From Rickettsiales bacterium (lineage in GTDB: Bacteria > Pseudomonadota > Alphaproteobacteria > Methylaequorales > Methylaequoraceae), in contig PAYV01000006.1 of assembly GCA_002715305.1 (NCBI GenBank), forward strand, positions 4,885 to 40,748: a stretch of DNA of 35,864 nucleotides, given 5' to 3'. How positions within the stretch are numbered: the first letter of the stretch is position 1; every line of letters begins with the position of its first letter. The translations under genes and the position numbers were made by a program. Of this stretch, positions 9,184 through 19,967 are shown one piece after another. Under the pieces are notes generated by a model. It saw only the letters and a list, made by a program, of their open reading frames with translations. It was not told the origin of the DNA and did no database searches.

Positions 9184-10188
9184 TTAATTTAAATTATCTT
9201 TCAACATATTCCAAAACTCATAATAAATTTTATAATTAAAATTCCTGATATTTTTAAAAAAGACATGCTCGTTTGGCTTATCGTTATTGATTTCAATTCC
9301 CCATAGCGACTTGTTATCATATGGAAGAGTTCCATAACGCAAATCTGCAATTAAATTATTGTAATCAGGATGTAAATAAATGTAATTATCAGAAAAATAG
9401 GCAAATCGAATAATATCTTTTCGTTGAGTAGAGCTTTCATTGAGTTTTGGAAAAACAGTATCTTTATCAATAACTTTAACTCTTGATCCTTCTTTAAACT
9501 TTGGAATACCAAAAAATGGAAAATAAATAGCATCAATAAAATATTGTTTATTGTTTTGATATACGCTTCTCCAAAGAAAATTATTTCCAATTGTTGGTTT
9601 CAAAAAAAGTCTTTCTATTTTATGTTCTCTATCTTTAGCAATATTTTTTACATAATCTTTAACCTGTTGATATTTAATAAAATTAAAGCTCAAATGAAGT
9701 AAACAAAAAAGGAAGCCAATCCTAATTGTTAATAAGGAATTTCGTATAATTGAAATTAAAAAAAAAATAAGAATTGATCCTGTGAATATAGGATCAATTA
9801 TAGATATAATATTTAAACCAACTCTATAATCAGAAAATGGCCAAAATAATACAGTTCCATAGCTTGTACATGAATCAAGGAGACCATGTGATAAATATCC
9901 TAGAAAAGAAAACAGATAAATTTGTTTAAATGGCAATTTTTTTCTTAAAAAGACAAACAATATTAAAGATACAAAAAAACTACCAATTGGTGAAAAAAAT
10001 AATGAATGAGAAAAATGTCTGTGATAATCAACTGATAGTAATGGGTCAGCGGAGGATCTTATAAAAATATCAAGGTCGGGTGCAAGACCTCCAACAAAGC
10101 CACAAAAGGATGCCCTCCTTAAATTAATTTTCTTACTGAAAGAGGTTGCAATACAACCACCTAGCAAACCTTGTGAAACTGGATCCAT
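9184..10188 (-). CDS. Membrane-bound metal-dependent hydrolase (DUF457/YdjM-YbcI family) with a C-terminal extension of about 150 aa
   Basis: N-terminal MDPVSQGLLGG and HRHFSHSL motifs, several hydrophobic helices in the first ~180 aa, and a soluble-looking C-terminal half. Confidence 0.6.
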   Translation of the reverse strand: MDPVSQGLLGGCIATSFSKKINLRRASFCGFVGGLAPDLDIFIRSSADPLLSVDYHRHFSHSLFFSPIGSFFVSLILFVFLRKKLPFKQIYLFSFLGYLSHGLLDSCTSYGTVLFWPFSDYRVGLNIISIIDPIFTGSILIFFLISIIRNSLLTIRIGFLFCLLHLSFNFIKYQQVKDYVKNIAKDREHKIERLFLKPTIGNNFLWRSVYQNNKQYFIDAIYFPFFGIPKFKEGSRVKVIDKDTVFPKLNESSTQRKDIIRFAYFSDNYIYLHPDYNNLIADLRYGTLPYDNKSLWGIEINNDKPNEHVFFKNIRNFNYKIYYEFWNMLKDNLN

Positions 10189-10232
10189 TAACTAACAAGT
10201 AAATCTATTAAATAAAGTAATAAAATATAATA

Positions 10233-10433
10233 TTAACGATCTTTTCTTAACTTTTGTGGTTTTTTATCTGAGTATGACTTTATATAACTATTTTTTGTCT
10301 TTTTATCCTTAAGGGAAATACTGTAACAGCCGTTTTCTTTTCCATACTCTTTGGCTAATGAGTCAACAAAACTAGCGGACAATGTTGTTTTTACATTGAA
10401 AAGCAAAGCTAAAAATAAGACTAAAAATTTCAT
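10233..10433 (-). CDS. Hypothetical small secreted basic protein (66 aa)
   Basis: ORF with a plausible signal peptide (MKFLVLFLALLFNVKTTLSA) and a Lys-rich tail. I recognise no family, and coding status is unproven. Confidence 0.35.
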   Translation of the reverse strand: MKFLVLFLALLFNVKTTLSASFVDSLAKEYGKENGCYSISLKDKKTKNSYIKSYSDKKPQKLRKDR

Positions 10434-10479
10434 ATTCTAAAATTGGTTATTAAAATTTTGTTTTCAACTAAAATTTATT

Positions 10480-10569
10480 TGGCGGAGAGAGAGGGATTCG
10501 AACCCTCGAAACAGTTGCCTGTTTACACGCTTTCCAAGCGTGCGCCTTCAGCCACTCGGCCACCTCTCC
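10480..10569 (-). tRNA. tRNA-Ser (anticodon GGA), class II with a long variable arm, CCA encoded
   Basis: The reverse complement reads GGAGAGGTGGCCGAGTGGCTGAAGGCGCACGCTTGGAAAGCGTG-TAAACAGGCAACTGTTTC-GAGGGTTCGAATCCCTCTCTCTCCGCCA. Anticodon stem CACGC/GCGTG encloses loop TTGGAAA. Confidence 0.9.
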
Positions 10570-10572
10570 TTT

Positions 10573-12363
10573 TTAATCATTCGAAGTTTTCAAAACGTTA
10601 ATAAATGCTGATTGAGGAATTTCGACCTTCCCAAATTGACGCATTCTTTTTTTACCTTTTTTTTGTTTATCCAGTAATTTGTTTTTTCTTGTAACATCAC
10701 CACCATAAAGCTTAGCTGTTACATCTTTTCTATAACTACTTATTGTTTCTCTAGCTATTATTTTACCTCCAATAGTTGCTTGAAGTGGTATCTTAAATTG
10801 TTGTCTTGGAATGAGATCCTTCAATTTCAAACAATAATTTTTACCTCTAGAATTTGCTTTAGTATTATGACAAATAAAAGACAATGCATCTACTGGTTCA
10901 GAATTTACAAGAATCTGTACTTTCACTAATTCACTTTCTTGATACCTTAAGAATTCATAATCAAAGCTGGCATAGCCACTAGTAATAGATTTCAGTTTGT
11001 CATAAAAATCAAAAACTACTTCTGCTAATGGTAATTCATAAATAATCATTGCACGTTTACCAGCATATGTAAGATCTTTTTGAACCCCCCTTCGATCATT
11101 ACAAAGTTTCATTACTGATCCAAGATATTCATCAGGAAGTAGAATTGTTGCCTTGATAATTGGTTCGTATATTTGTTTAATTTTTGTAGTTTCAGGGAGA
11201 AGGGTTGGATTATGAACATCTATTTTTTCTCCATTTGTTTTATCAATTTTGTATACGACTGATGGTGAGGTAGTAATAAGGTTGATACCAAACTCTCTAC
11301 TCAGTCTTTCTTGTATTATTTCAAGATGAAGTAATCCTAGAAAGCCACATCTAAAACCTAAACCCAAAGCAGCGGATGATTCTGGCTCGGACGAAAAACT
11401 TGCATCATTCAGTGCCAGTTTTGAAATACTATCTTTTAGAAGATCATAGTCATCAGCATCAACAGGATATAGTCCACAGAATACTACTGGAATACTAGGT
11501 TTAAACCCTGGTAAAGGATTAGTAGCTGGTCTCAATTCATCTGTTATTGTATCACCAACTTTACAATCACTTACGTGTCTTATACCAGCTGTAAAAAAAC
11601 CAATTTCGCCTGCTTTAAGCTCATTAGTATAATTAATTTTAGGTGTAAAAAATCCACATTTTTCAATTTGATATACAGCTTCTGTACCCATCATTCTAAT
11701 TTTCATTCCTTTAATTAATTTTCCAGAACGTATTCTCACTAATATAATTACCCCTAGGTAAGTGTCATACCAGCTATCTACTAACATACCCACAAGATTA
11801 CTTTCCTGATCTATATTTGGATGAGGTAATCTTTTAATTATAGCTTCAATAAGCTCTTCTATGCCTTCTCCAGTTTTTGCAGAAACTGCAATTGAATTTG
11901 ATGCATCTATACCAATAACATCTTCAATTTGTTTTTTTATTCTATCTGGTTCGGCAGAGGCTAAATCTATTTTATTTAATACAGGTATTATTTCATGATT
12001 ATTTTCAATTGCTTGATATACATTTGCCAAAGTTTGTGCTTCAACACCTTGAGATGCATCAACAACTAAAAGTGAACCTTCACACGAAGCCAATGATCTA
12101 CTTACTTCATAGGAAAAGTCGACATGACCTGGCGTATCCATGAGGTTTAGGTTATATAATTTATCTTCAAATTTATATTTTAAATACACTGTTTGGGCTT
12201 TAATTGTAATACCTCTCTCACGTTCAATATCCATAGAATCTAAAACTTGATCCTTCATTTCTCTATCTGAAAGTCCACCACATTTTTGGATTATTCTATC
12301 TGCAAGTGTTGATTTTCCGTGATCAATATGTGCAATTATTGAGAAATTTCTTATATTTTCCAT
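10573..12363 (-). CDS. lepA: Elongation factor 4 (translational GTPase LepA)
   Basis: [28 protein letters not shown] and NKIDL GTPase motifs, plus the LepA-specific C-terminus (...[21 protein letters not shown]). Confidence 0.97.
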   Translation of the reverse strand: MENIRNFSIIAHIDHGKSTLADRIIQKCGGLSDREMKDQVLDSMDIERERGITIKAQTVYLKYKFEDKLYNLNLMDTPGHVDFSYEVSRSLASCEGSLLVVDASQGVEAQTLANVYQAIENNHEIIPVLNKIDLASAEPDRIKKQIEDVIGIDASNSIAVSAKTGEGIEELIEAIIKRLPHPNIDQESNLVGMLVDSWYDTYLGVIILVRIRSGKLIKGMKIRMMGTEAVYQIEKCGFFTPKINYTNELKAGEIGFFTAGIRHVSDCKVGDTITDELRPATNPLPGFKPSIPVVFCGLYPVDADDYDLLKDSISKLALNDASFSSEPESSAALGLGFRCGFLGLLHLEIIQERLSREFGINLITTSPSVVYKIDKTNGEKIDVHNPTLLPETTKIKQIYEPIIKATILLPDEYLGSVMKLCNDRRGVQKDLTYAGKRAMIIYELPLAEVVFDFYDKLKSITSGYASFDYEFLRYQESELVKVQILVNSEPVDALSFICHNTKANSRGKNYCLKLKDLIPRQQFKIPLQATIGGKIIARETISSYRKDVTAKLYGGDVTRKNKLLDKQKKGKKRMRQFGKVEIPQSAFINVLKTSND

Positions 12364-12368
12364 TAAAA

Positions 12369-14765
12369 TTATCTAAGTTTTGCATTAAATTTTGTTGTTA
12401 TATCTTTAATTATTTCATCTGATATTTTTTGAATTTCGCTGTCATCAAGAGTTTTTTTGTCAGATTGAATCTTAACTTCAATTGCTAGAGATCTTAAATC
12501 AGGATTAGATTTCTTATTTTCATATGAATCGAATATATTAACATCCTTGATTAAGTTAATATCAATTCTTCTTATTGATGATATTACCTCACTTGATAAA
12601 ACGTTTTTATTAATTTCAAAAGAGAAATCTCTTATAGACATTTGATATGGTGATGTTTCAAGTTCATTCTTTGAGATATTTTTTTTTCTATTAAACGTTA
12701 GTAATTCTGTTAAATTTAATTCTAAAGCACATAAAGCTTGATCTAGATCAAATTTTTTCAAAACTTTTGGATGAAGCTCGCCAAAGTTTGCGATTGTTTT
12801 ATTTGCAAAGCTTATTGATCCACTTTTACCTGGGTGATAATAATTTTTTGATTCATTTGATTGTCTTAAATTTTCACTACTAAATCCAATATTTTCTAAG
12901 ATACTAAATAAATCTGCTTTTACATCAAAAATATCAAAGGGTCTGTCCTTTTCGATCCAATTTTTTTCATACATTTGTCCAGATCTTATTATTGATACGA
13001 AATCTGATTGTTCACCTGGTTCATATCCTTTGAATATTGGTCCTATTTCAAAGACTGAAAAATTTTTAATGTTTTTATTATTATTATTTTTTACTATTTT
13101 TAGTAAATTTATTAATAAATTTGACCTCAAACAATCTAACTCTGCACTAATAGGATTTTGAATTTTTACAAATTTATCTATTTTAAAAATATCTTGAAGT
13201 TTTGAATCAACGAATGACCAAGAAATTATTTCCATAATATTTCTACTAACTAACAATCTTTTTATTTTTCTTATTATTTCCTGATTATCTCCTGAAAATT
13301 TAAAACTATCATTATTTAAAAATTCAGGTTTCTGACTAGGAATATTTTCGTACCCAAAAATTCTGGCAATTTCCTCAATAAGATCTTCGGGGATCTTTAG
13401 ATCTGGTCTCCAAGATGGTGGTATTACTGAAATCTTTTCATCCTTCTGCTTAGTATTACAACCAAGGGCCTCGAGTTTTTCGATAATGAATTTTTTTTCA
13501 ATATTTACTCCAAGTACCTCATTAATTAAAAAATTATTTATGTCAATTTTTACTTCATTAAAATTAAAGGAATTATCTGAGATTATTGAACCAACTTTCC
13601 CCCCGCAGTTCTTAATGATCATTTCTGTAGCAATCTCCATTCCTTCCAATGTTGATTTTGGATCTATACCTCTTTCAAATCTATATCTTGCATCGCTTAA
13701 AATGTTAAGTTTTCTACCTGTATCTGCTATTTTTTCAGGTGAAAAATATGCAGATTCAAGAAGTATATTGTTTGTATTTTCATCACAGGCAGAATTTTTC
13801 CCACCCAATATTCCAGCCAAACTAATGATTTTTTCGTCATCACATATCACTATCATTCCTTCATCTAAGTTATATTCTTTATCATCAAGTCCCAAAAAAT
13901 GTTCGCCTTTTTTTGAATGCCTAATGCAAATATTTCCTTTAATTTTATCAAGATCGAAAATGTGTAATGGCCTACAGGAATCAACAGTTAAATAATTGGT
14001 TACATCGACTAAGCTTGAAATTACTTTTATGCCACTATTCCTTATTCTTTTAATTACTTTATCAGGTGACTGTTCATTTTTTACATCTTTAATTTGTCTT
14101 AGAAGAAATTGAGGGCAGTCAGAATTTTTTAAATTATTTGTAAGTTTAACAGATGTTTTAAAATTGATTTTGTTTTGATTAACTTTTCTTTTAGATAACT
14201 TACCGAAACCAGCAGCACTTAAATCTCTAGCAATTCCGTAAACACCGGCACAGTCTATTCTATTAGGGGTAATTGCAATTTCAATTTTGATATCCTCATC
14301 ATCTATGTAGTCCGAAAATGAATTTCCAGTCTTATAATTTTCGTCTAACTCTATTATACCTTGAGAATTTTCATTCAATCCCAACTCATTCTCAGAACAT
14401 AACATACCATTAGATTCAATTCCTCGAATTTTACTTCTCTTGATTGTAAATTCTTCATTGGTATTTGGTTTAATGATTGATCCCAAAGGCGCTAAAACAG
14501 TTATAAGATTTTTTTTAGCATTGTTAGCCCCACAAATAATTTCTAAATTTTTTTTTCCATCAAAAACATCGCAAATACTCAACTTATCAGCATTTGGATG
14601 TTTTTTTATATCTACTATTTTTGAAACAATAAAACCTGATAATTGATTTTTTGGGTTTTCTAAATTTTCAACTTCCAACCCGATACTTGTTAGTTTTTTA
14701 CAAAGTTCCTCTATGGAAGAATCAAAAATTAAATATTCTTTTAACCACTTAACTGTAAATTTCAT
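12369..14765 (-). CDS. pheT: Phenylalanine--tRNA ligase beta subunit
   Basis: 798 aa, [12 protein letters not shown]-terminus, tRNA-binding/B3-4/B5/anticodon-binding layout, and a position immediately downstream of pheS. Confidence 0.96.
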   Translation of the reverse strand: MKFTVKWLKEYLIFDSSIEELCKKLTSIGLEVENLENPKNQLSGFIVSKIVDIKKHPNADKLSICDVFDGKKNLEIICGANNAKKNLITVLAPLGSIIKPNTNEEFTIKRSKIRGIESNGMLCSENELGLNENSQGIIELDENYKTGNSFSDYIDDEDIKIEIAITPNRIDCAGVYGIARDLSAAGFGKLSKRKVNQNKINFKTSVKLTNNLKNSDCPQFLLRQIKDVKNEQSPDKVIKRIRNSGIKVISSLVDVTNYLTVDSCRPLHIFDLDKIKGNICIRHSKKGEHFLGLDDKEYNLDEGMIVICDDEKIISLAGILGGKNSACDENTNNILLESAYFSPEKIADTGRKLNILSDARYRFERGIDPKSTLEGMEIATEMIIKNCGGKVGSIISDNSFNFNEVKIDINNFLINEVLGVNIEKKFIIEKLEALGCNTKQKDEKISVIPPSWRPDLKIPEDLIEEIARIFGYENIPSQKPEFLNNDSFKFSGDNQEIIRKIKRLLVSRNIMEIISWSFVDSKLQDIFKIDKFVKIQNPISAELDCLRSNLLINLLKIVKNNNNKNIKNFSVFEIGPIFKGYEPGEQSDFVSIIRSGQMYEKNWIEKDRPFDIFDVKADLFSILENIGFSSENLRQSNESKNYYHPGKSGSISFANKTIANFGELHPKVLKKFDLDQALCALELNLTELLTFNRKKNISKNELETSPYQMSIRDFSFEINKNVLSSEVISSIRRIDINLIKDVNIFDSYENKKSNPDLRSLAIEVKIQSDKKTLDDSEIQKISDEIIKDITTKFNAKLR

Positions 14766-14781
14766 TTCTTATACCTATTAA

Positions 14782-15840
14782 TTACCCTTTAGAATCTAGA
14801 AATGAAAAACCGTAATGATTTAACCACCTCAAGTCGCCATCAAAAAATTTTCTAAGATCTGGCATGCCATATTTTAGCATAGCAAGTCTTTCTATTCCCA
14901 TTCCAAAAGCAAATCCCTTAATATTTTTTTGACTAATTCCTGATAAATTAAAGACTTCTGGATGGACCATCCCACAACCAAGAACTTCCATCCATTGGTT
15001 ACCTTCTCCTAAATGTATTTTTCCTGATTCAATTTTACAATTAATATCTACCTCGGCAGAAGGCTCAGTAAATGGAAAATACGAAGGTCTAAATCTAAGT
15101 TTCAAATCATACTTATTAAAAAATTTTTTGCAGAAATATTCCAAAAACCATTTTAGATTCCCAAAATTTACATTTTTATCGACAATAAGACCTTCAACCT
15201 GATGAAACATAGGTGTGTGAGTAATATCTGAATCACAACGATAAGTTCTTCCTGGTGCAAAAATCTTTAATGGAATTTTATTTTTTTCTAAGCTACGAAT
15301 TTGAACAGGAGATGTATGAGTTCTCAAAACATTATTCTTATTACCGTTAGATTCCAAATAAAAAGTATCATGCATTTGTCTTGCAGGATGGTTTTTAGGT
15401 ATATTTAATGCTGTAAAATTATAAAAGTCATTTTCCACATCAGGACCCTCTTCATAAGACAATCCCATTTCATTAAGTATTAAAAAGATTTCATTAATTG
15501 TAAAACTTATTGGATGTAATTTTGCTTGAAAATCTTTTGATTCTCTTGTTGGCAATGAACTATCAATAAATTCAGATTTTAATTGTTGATTTATTTGTTG
15601 ATCTTCAAGATTAATTTTTTTTTTGTTTATAGAACCAAAAAAATCTGACTTAAAGTTATTTAATTTTTTCCCAAGAATTTTTTTATCTTCTTCATTTAAT
15701 GACGAAAGGGATTTTAATTCATTATTTATGATTCCATTCTTACCAAAATATTTTACCCGAAATTCTTCAAGAGTTTTTAGATCCTCACTCTTTTCAACAT
15801 CAATCAGAGCTGATTGAAAAAGTTGATCATAATCTTTCAT
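14782..15840 (-). CDS. pheS: Phenylalanine--tRNA ligase alpha subunit
   Basis: Class II aaRS motifs: HPARQMHDTFY, LRTHTSPVQIR, PGRTYRCD, FHQVEG and GFAFGMGIERLAML. Confidence 0.97.
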   Translation of the reverse strand: MKDYDQLFQSALIDVEKSEDLKTLEEFRVKYFGKNGIINNELKSLSSLNEEDKKILGKKLNNFKSDFFGSINKKKINLEDQQINQQLKSEFIDSSLPTRESKDFQAKLHPISFTINEIFLILNEMGLSYEEGPDVENDFYNFTALNIPKNHPARQMHDTFYLESNGNKNNVLRTHTSPVQIRSLEKNKIPLKIFAPGRTYRCDSDITHTPMFHQVEGLIVDKNVNFGNLKWFLEYFCKKFFNKYDLKLRFRPSYFPFTEPSAEVDINCKIESGKIHLGEGNQWMEVLGCGMVHPEVFNLSGISQKNIKGFAFGMGIERLAMLKYGMPDLRKFFDGDLRWLNHYGFSFLDSKG

Positions 15841-15853
15841 TCTCGAATTTGTC

Positions 15854-16204
15854 TTAATTAGTTCTAATTTTTGTTACAATTTCTTTAAATGACTCAGGTT
15901 CTTGAGCTGCGAGATCTGCAAGTACTTTTCTATTCAAATTTAAATTAACTTTTTTAAGACCATTTATAAAAGTTGAGTATTTTATGCCATGTAATCTACA
16001 ACCTGCATTGATTCTTTGAATCCATAGGCTTCTAAATTGTCTTTTCTTTACTTTTCTATCTCTATAGGCATATTGGCCAGCTTTTTCAACAGCTTGATTT
16101 GCCACTTTAAAAGTATTCTTTCTTCTTCCATAGTAACCTTTAGCCCTGTGTATTATTTTTTTATGCCGGGACTTTGTTATGGAACCACTTTTTGCTCTAG
16201 ACAT
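15854..16204 (-). CDS. rplT: 50S ribosomal protein L20
   Basis: [17 protein letters not shown]...[23 protein letters not shown] is canonical L20. Confidence 0.97.
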   Translation of the reverse strand: MSRAKSGSITKSRHKKIIHRAKGYYGRRKNTFKVANQAVEKAGQYAYRDRKVKKRQFRSLWIQRINAGCRLHGIKYSTFINGLKKVNLNLNRKVLADLAAQEPESFKEIVTKIRTN

Positions 16205-16215
16205 TTAAACTCCAA

Positions 16216-16416
16216 TTATATTTTAACATTCATATATTTCTTAACAATTTTTGTATCTTGTTTAGACATTATAGTTGGACCTTTTGAAAATCTTTTCATT
16301 TTCTTACTTCTTTTAGAAAGATTATGCCTTTTACAACTAGGAAACATTACAACTTTTCCAGTTGCTGTTACTCTGAATCTTTTTTTTGTCCCACTTTTTG
16401 TTTTAATTTTTGGCAT
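16216..16416 (-). CDS. rpmI: 50S ribosomal protein L35
   Basis: MPKIKTKSGTKKRF..., 66 aa, located between infC and rplT. Confidence 0.95.
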   Translation of the reverse strand: MPKIKTKSGTKKRFRVTATGKVVMFPSCKRHNLSKRSKKMKRFSKGPTIMSKQDTKIVKKYMNVKI

Positions 16417-16477
16417 ACTTATATTTTTTTTTATTTATATAGTTTTTTTTTCATTTAGCAAGGGTCTTTTAAAGGGA

Positions 16478-17005
16478 TTACCTAGGAGCTACCACCATAA
16501 TCATATGCTTTCCCTCAAGGGTTGGGACCTGTTCAATTTTTGCTATTTCTCCTATTGCACTCTCAAGTTTTTTTAAGATTTCCATACCTCTTTCATGATG
16601 AGCCATTTCTCTACCCTTAAACCTCAATGTTATTTTGACTTTATCACCATCATTTAGAAATCTATGAATGGATTTAAGTTTTACACTATAATCGTGATCT
16701 TCTATTCCTGGTCTAAATTTTACTTCTTTAACTTCAAAAGTTTTTTGTTTTTTCTTTGCTTCAGCTTGCTTTTTCTGAATTTGATATTTGTATTTTCCAT
16801 AGTCTATTATTTTACAAACCGGAGGAGATGAATTAGGAGAAACCTCAACAAGATCTAGACCTTGATCAAATGCAAGTTGAACTGCTTTAGATTTCTCTAA
16901 AACACCAATCATCTCACCTTTTTCTGATATAACTCTAACTGTTTTTGCTGAAATACTATTATTGATAGCAGGACCCTGCTTTGAACTTTGAGTAAACTTC
17001 CTCAT
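16478..17005 (-). CDS. infC: Translation initiation factor IF-3
   Basis: INNSISAKTVRVISEKGEMIGV..., KEVKFRPGIEDHDY and ...GKHMIMVVAP motifs. The start here is a canonical ATG at 17003-17005. Confidence 0.95.
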   Translation of the reverse strand: MRKFTQSSKQGPAINNSISAKTVRVISEKGEMIGVLEKSKAVQLAFDQGLDLVEVSPNSSPPVCKIIDYGKYKYQIQKKQAEAKKKQKTFEVKEVKFRPGIEDHDYSVKLKSIHRFLNDGDKVKITLRFKGREMAHHERGMEILKKLESAIGEIAKIEQVPTLEGKHMIMVVAPR

Positions 17006-17081
17006 ATTTTTTTTATTTGCATATTAAAATTTATCCCTTTCCAAATTTAAAACAATTAACAACTATAAAATAATTCATATA

Positions 17082-18995
17082 TTAATCTATACTGCAAGAA
17101 TTTTTTAATTTTTTTATTAATTCTTCCATAGAGAGTTTGTATTGTTTTTCTTCTCCATGAACTCTCAGAGTGACTAATTTTTCCGTACTTTCTTTTTCTC
17201 CAATTATTATAATAAAAGGAATTTTTTCTAAATTAAGTTCCCTAATTTTGTAGTTTAGTTTTTCATTCCTTATATCGAGCTTGCATCTAAAGTTCTTTTT
17301 CAAAAGAACTGTGTAAATTTCTTTACAAAATTTTATGCAATTTTCATTAATTGATGTAACCGCAATTTGAACAGGTGATAACCAATAAGGTAGTCTCCCC
17401 GAGTAATTCTCAATTAAAATACCAATAAATCTCTCAAATGAACCAAGAATTGCTCTATGAAGCATCACAGGTCTCTTTTTTTTCCCATTCTCATCAATAA
17501 ATGAAGCATCAAGTCTTTCAGGAAGAACAAAATCTACCTGAAGAGTTCCGCATTGCCAATCTCTTCCAATAGCATCTCTAAGTACAAACTCTAATTTTGG
17601 TCCATAGAAAGCACCATCACCAGGGTTTAACTCATAATGATAACCAGCAGTTTCTATGGCTTCAAGAAGAGCTTTCTCTGCTTGATCCCATACCTTATCT
17701 TCACCAGCCCTTTTTTGCGGTCTGTCAGAAAATTTAATTAAAACATCGTGAAAACCAAAGTCCTTATATATGTTCATTAATAATTTACAAAATTTTTGGG
17801 TTTCAGAGGTTATTTGTTCTTTTGTACAAAAAATATGAGCATCGTCTTGAACAAAAGCTCTAACTCTCATTAGTCCATGAAGAGCACCTGAAGGTTCATT
17901 TCTATGACAAGAACCAAATTCTGCCATCCTAATGGGTAATTCTTTATAACTTTTAACTCCTTGACGAAAAATTTGAACATGACAAGGACAGTTCATTGGT
18001 TTAATTGCAAAAATCTTATCCTCAGATTTTGATATAAACATATGTTCTCGAAATTTTTCCCAATGTCCAGAATCTTTCCACAATGAACTATCAAGCAAAA
18101 TTGGCGTATTTACTTCATCATAACCCGAATCTTCAAGTTTTTTTCTTATGTAATCCATTATTACTCTGTATAAAGTCCAACCTTTTGGATGCCAGAAAAC
18201 AGATCCGGGAGTATTCTCTTGAAAATGAAAAAGATCTAATTCCTGTCCAATTTTTCTATGATCTCTTTTTTTCGCTTCTTCAATCATATTTAGGTGTTTC
18301 TCTAATTCTTTTTGGGATAACCAAGCTGTTCCATAAATTCTTTGCAACATCTCATTTTTTGAATCGCCTTTCCAATAAGCACCAGATATTTTTGTTAATT
18401 TAAATGATCCTATGAATTTTAAGCTAGGAAGATGAGGCCCTCGACATAAATCAATAAATTCTGTATCACCTTGTTGATAAATTTGAAAGTTACTATCTTG
18501 GTCAGATTGATTAATAATTTTTATTTTATAATCTTCACTTCTTGTTTTGAATAGATTAAGGGCTTCTACTTTTGTTTTAAAAGATTTGTTAATATTGTCT
18601 CCTCTTGAGACAATTTTTTTCATTTCATTTTCAATCTTTGGTAAATCATCTGATGATATTGGTTGGTCAAATAGTACGTCATAATAAAATCCATTTTCTA
18701 TTGTAGGACCTATGGCTAATTTTGACTTTGGGTATAAGTTTTTAACTGCCTTTGCTAAAACTTGTGCAGCTAATGTGTGTCTCATAATTTCTAAACCCTC
18801 TGAACTATTAATAGTAATTATTGATACGGATGCATCTTGATCAATATTATCACTAAGATCTTTTTGAACCCCATCAACTTTTATTGCTATAGCTTGTTTT
18901 GAAAGTGACTTTGAAATTGATTGAGCAATTAAATTACCAGTTACGTTTTCTTTAAAGTTTTCAATTCTTCCATCTGGAAAAGTAATTTTTGGCAT
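17082..18995 (-). CDS. thrS: Threonine--tRNA ligase
   Basis: TGS N-terminus (MPKITFPDG), editing domain, and class II core (RDHRKIGQELDLF, FGSCHRNEPSGALHGLMRVRAFVQDDAHIF). Confidence 0.97.
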   Translation of the reverse strand: MPKITFPDGRIENFKENVTGNLIAQSISKSLSKQAIAIKVDGVQKDLSDNIDQDASVSIITINSSEGLEIMRHTLAAQVLAKAVKNLYPKSKLAIGPTIENGFYYDVLFDQPISSDDLPKIENEMKKIVSRGDNINKSFKTKVEALNLFKTRSEDYKIKIINQSDQDSNFQIYQQGDTEFIDLCRGPHLPSLKFIGSFKLTKISGAYWKGDSKNEMLQRIYGTAWLSQKELEKHLNMIEEAKKRDHRKIGQELDLFHFQENTPGSVFWHPKGWTLYRVIMDYIRKKLEDSGYDEVNTPILLDSSLWKDSGHWEKFREHMFISKSEDKIFAIKPMNCPCHVQIFRQGVKSYKELPIRMAEFGSCHRNEPSGALHGLMRVRAFVQDDAHIFCTKEQITSETQKFCKLLMNIYKDFGFHDVLIKFSDRPQKRAGEDKVWDQAEKALLEAIETAGYHYELNPGDGAFYGPKLEFVLRDAIGRDWQCGTLQVDFVLPERLDASFIDENGKKKRPVMLHRAILGSFERFIGILIENYSGRLPYWLSPVQIAVTSINENCIKFCKEIYTVLLKKNFRCKLDIRNEKLNYKIRELNLEKIPFIIIIGEKESTEKLVTLRVHGEEKQYKLSMEELIKKLKNSCSID

Positions 18996-19040
18996 CTTTT
19001 TAATTAAAATAATTGTCTAGTTATGTCAATGTTTTGATAT

Positions 19041-19967
19041 CTATGAAAAGGAATTAATTTCTTTTTCAATTGTATTACAAAATTTTTCAAAGTTATTTTT
19101 ATAATTAAAAATCTTAACATTTTTTCCAACTGGAGCGCAAAGTTTTGGATCTGAGTGTTTTGTAAAGAATACAAAAGTTGGCATATCTCCATTTGCAATA
19201 ACATGGATTGGCCCAGTGTCATTACCAATAGAAACTGTACTGTTTTTTGATAATTTTGCTATGTCAAGAATATTAGTTTTAGCACATAAATTTTTTATAC
19301 TTGGGTGGATTTTTTCTAAACTTGAACATATTTCTATATCGTCATAAGACCCAATCAAAATTGGTAAAATTTTTTTCTCCAGTAAAGTATGAATTATATG
19401 GTTAAAAACTTTGTATGGAATTCTCTTGTTTGTTCTTTTCTTTGAACCACCAGGAACAATTAATGAATATTTAATTTTAGAATTAAAATTAATCCTTTTT
19501 GATTCAAAAAGCCATGCGATATCGATTTTTTTTAAAAACTTTATTGAACTAATTTCTAATTGTTCTTTCTGTCTATCAATTGTGTGCATATTATCTCTTA
19601 AAGTATTTGCGTGATTAAAACTTGCATAGTCTCCGATACCAGATGTTTTAATTCCTAATTTAAAGAAAATTGAAAGATATGACGAAGATCTCTTGGATGT
19701 TTGAAGGTCATAAACAAATTCAAATGAATTTACATCTAATTTTTTCTTTATTTGAATTTTATCATAAAAGTAGAATAGTGATCTCTTGATTACTACGATT
19801 TCTTCAAACCATTTTGATTTAATAAAGATTTGGTCATAGGGGGGTTCAGTTAACAAAACCACTTTTTTCCTATGGTGTGAAACAATTGAGTATATTGCAC
19901 GAAGCGAAAGAAAGATATCGCCTAAACCTCCAAATTTAATTATTAGAATTCTTTTTGTGTTTTTCAA
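19041..19967 (-). CDS. Glycosyltransferase family 9 (LPS heptosyltransferase-like)
   Basis: ILIIKFGGLGDIFLSLRAI N-terminus and GNDTGPIHVIA near the C-terminus. TTG start at 19967 overlaps the upstream GT4 gene by 32 nt. Confidence 0.75.
   Translation of the reverse strand: MKNTKRILIIKFGGLGDIFLSLRAIYSIVSHHRKKVVLLTEPPYDQIFIKSKWFEEIVVIKRSLFYFYDKIQIKKKLDVNSFEFVYDLQTSKRSSSYLSIFFKLGIKTSGIGDYASFNHANTLRDNMHTIDRQKEQLEISSIKFLKKIDIAWLFESKRINFNSKIKYSLIVPGGSKKRTNKRIPYKVFNHIIHTLLEKKILPILIGSYDDIEICSSLEKIHPSIKNLCAKTNILDIAKLSKNSTVSIGNDTGPIHVIANGDMPTFVFFTKHSDPKLCAPVGKNVKIFNYKNNFEKFCNTIEKEINSFS

Noticed and set aside
13486-13995. 169-aa plus-strand ORF inside pheT
   Set aside because: This antisense frame generates stops only opposite Tyr/His/Gln codon contexts, so long open stretches are expected there. 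The composition is low-complexity, no motif is recognisable, and pheT on the other strand is unambiguous.
16037-16576. 179-aa plus-strand ORF spanning rplT, rpmI and the infC end
   Set aside because: It is antisense to Lys/Arg-rich ribosomal protein genes, whose AAA/AAG/AGA codons give stop-free TTT/CTT/TCT on the opposite strand. The product is low-complexity Phe/Leu/Ser-rich sequence, and it crosses three well-supported genes. It is a shadow ORF.
17003-17005. I expected a non-canonical (AUU-type) infC start codon as a sign of IF3 autoregulation
   Set aside because: The only in-frame start before the conserved INNSI region is a normal ATG, and a stop lies 6 codons upstream. There is no unusual start here, which is simply worth knowing.
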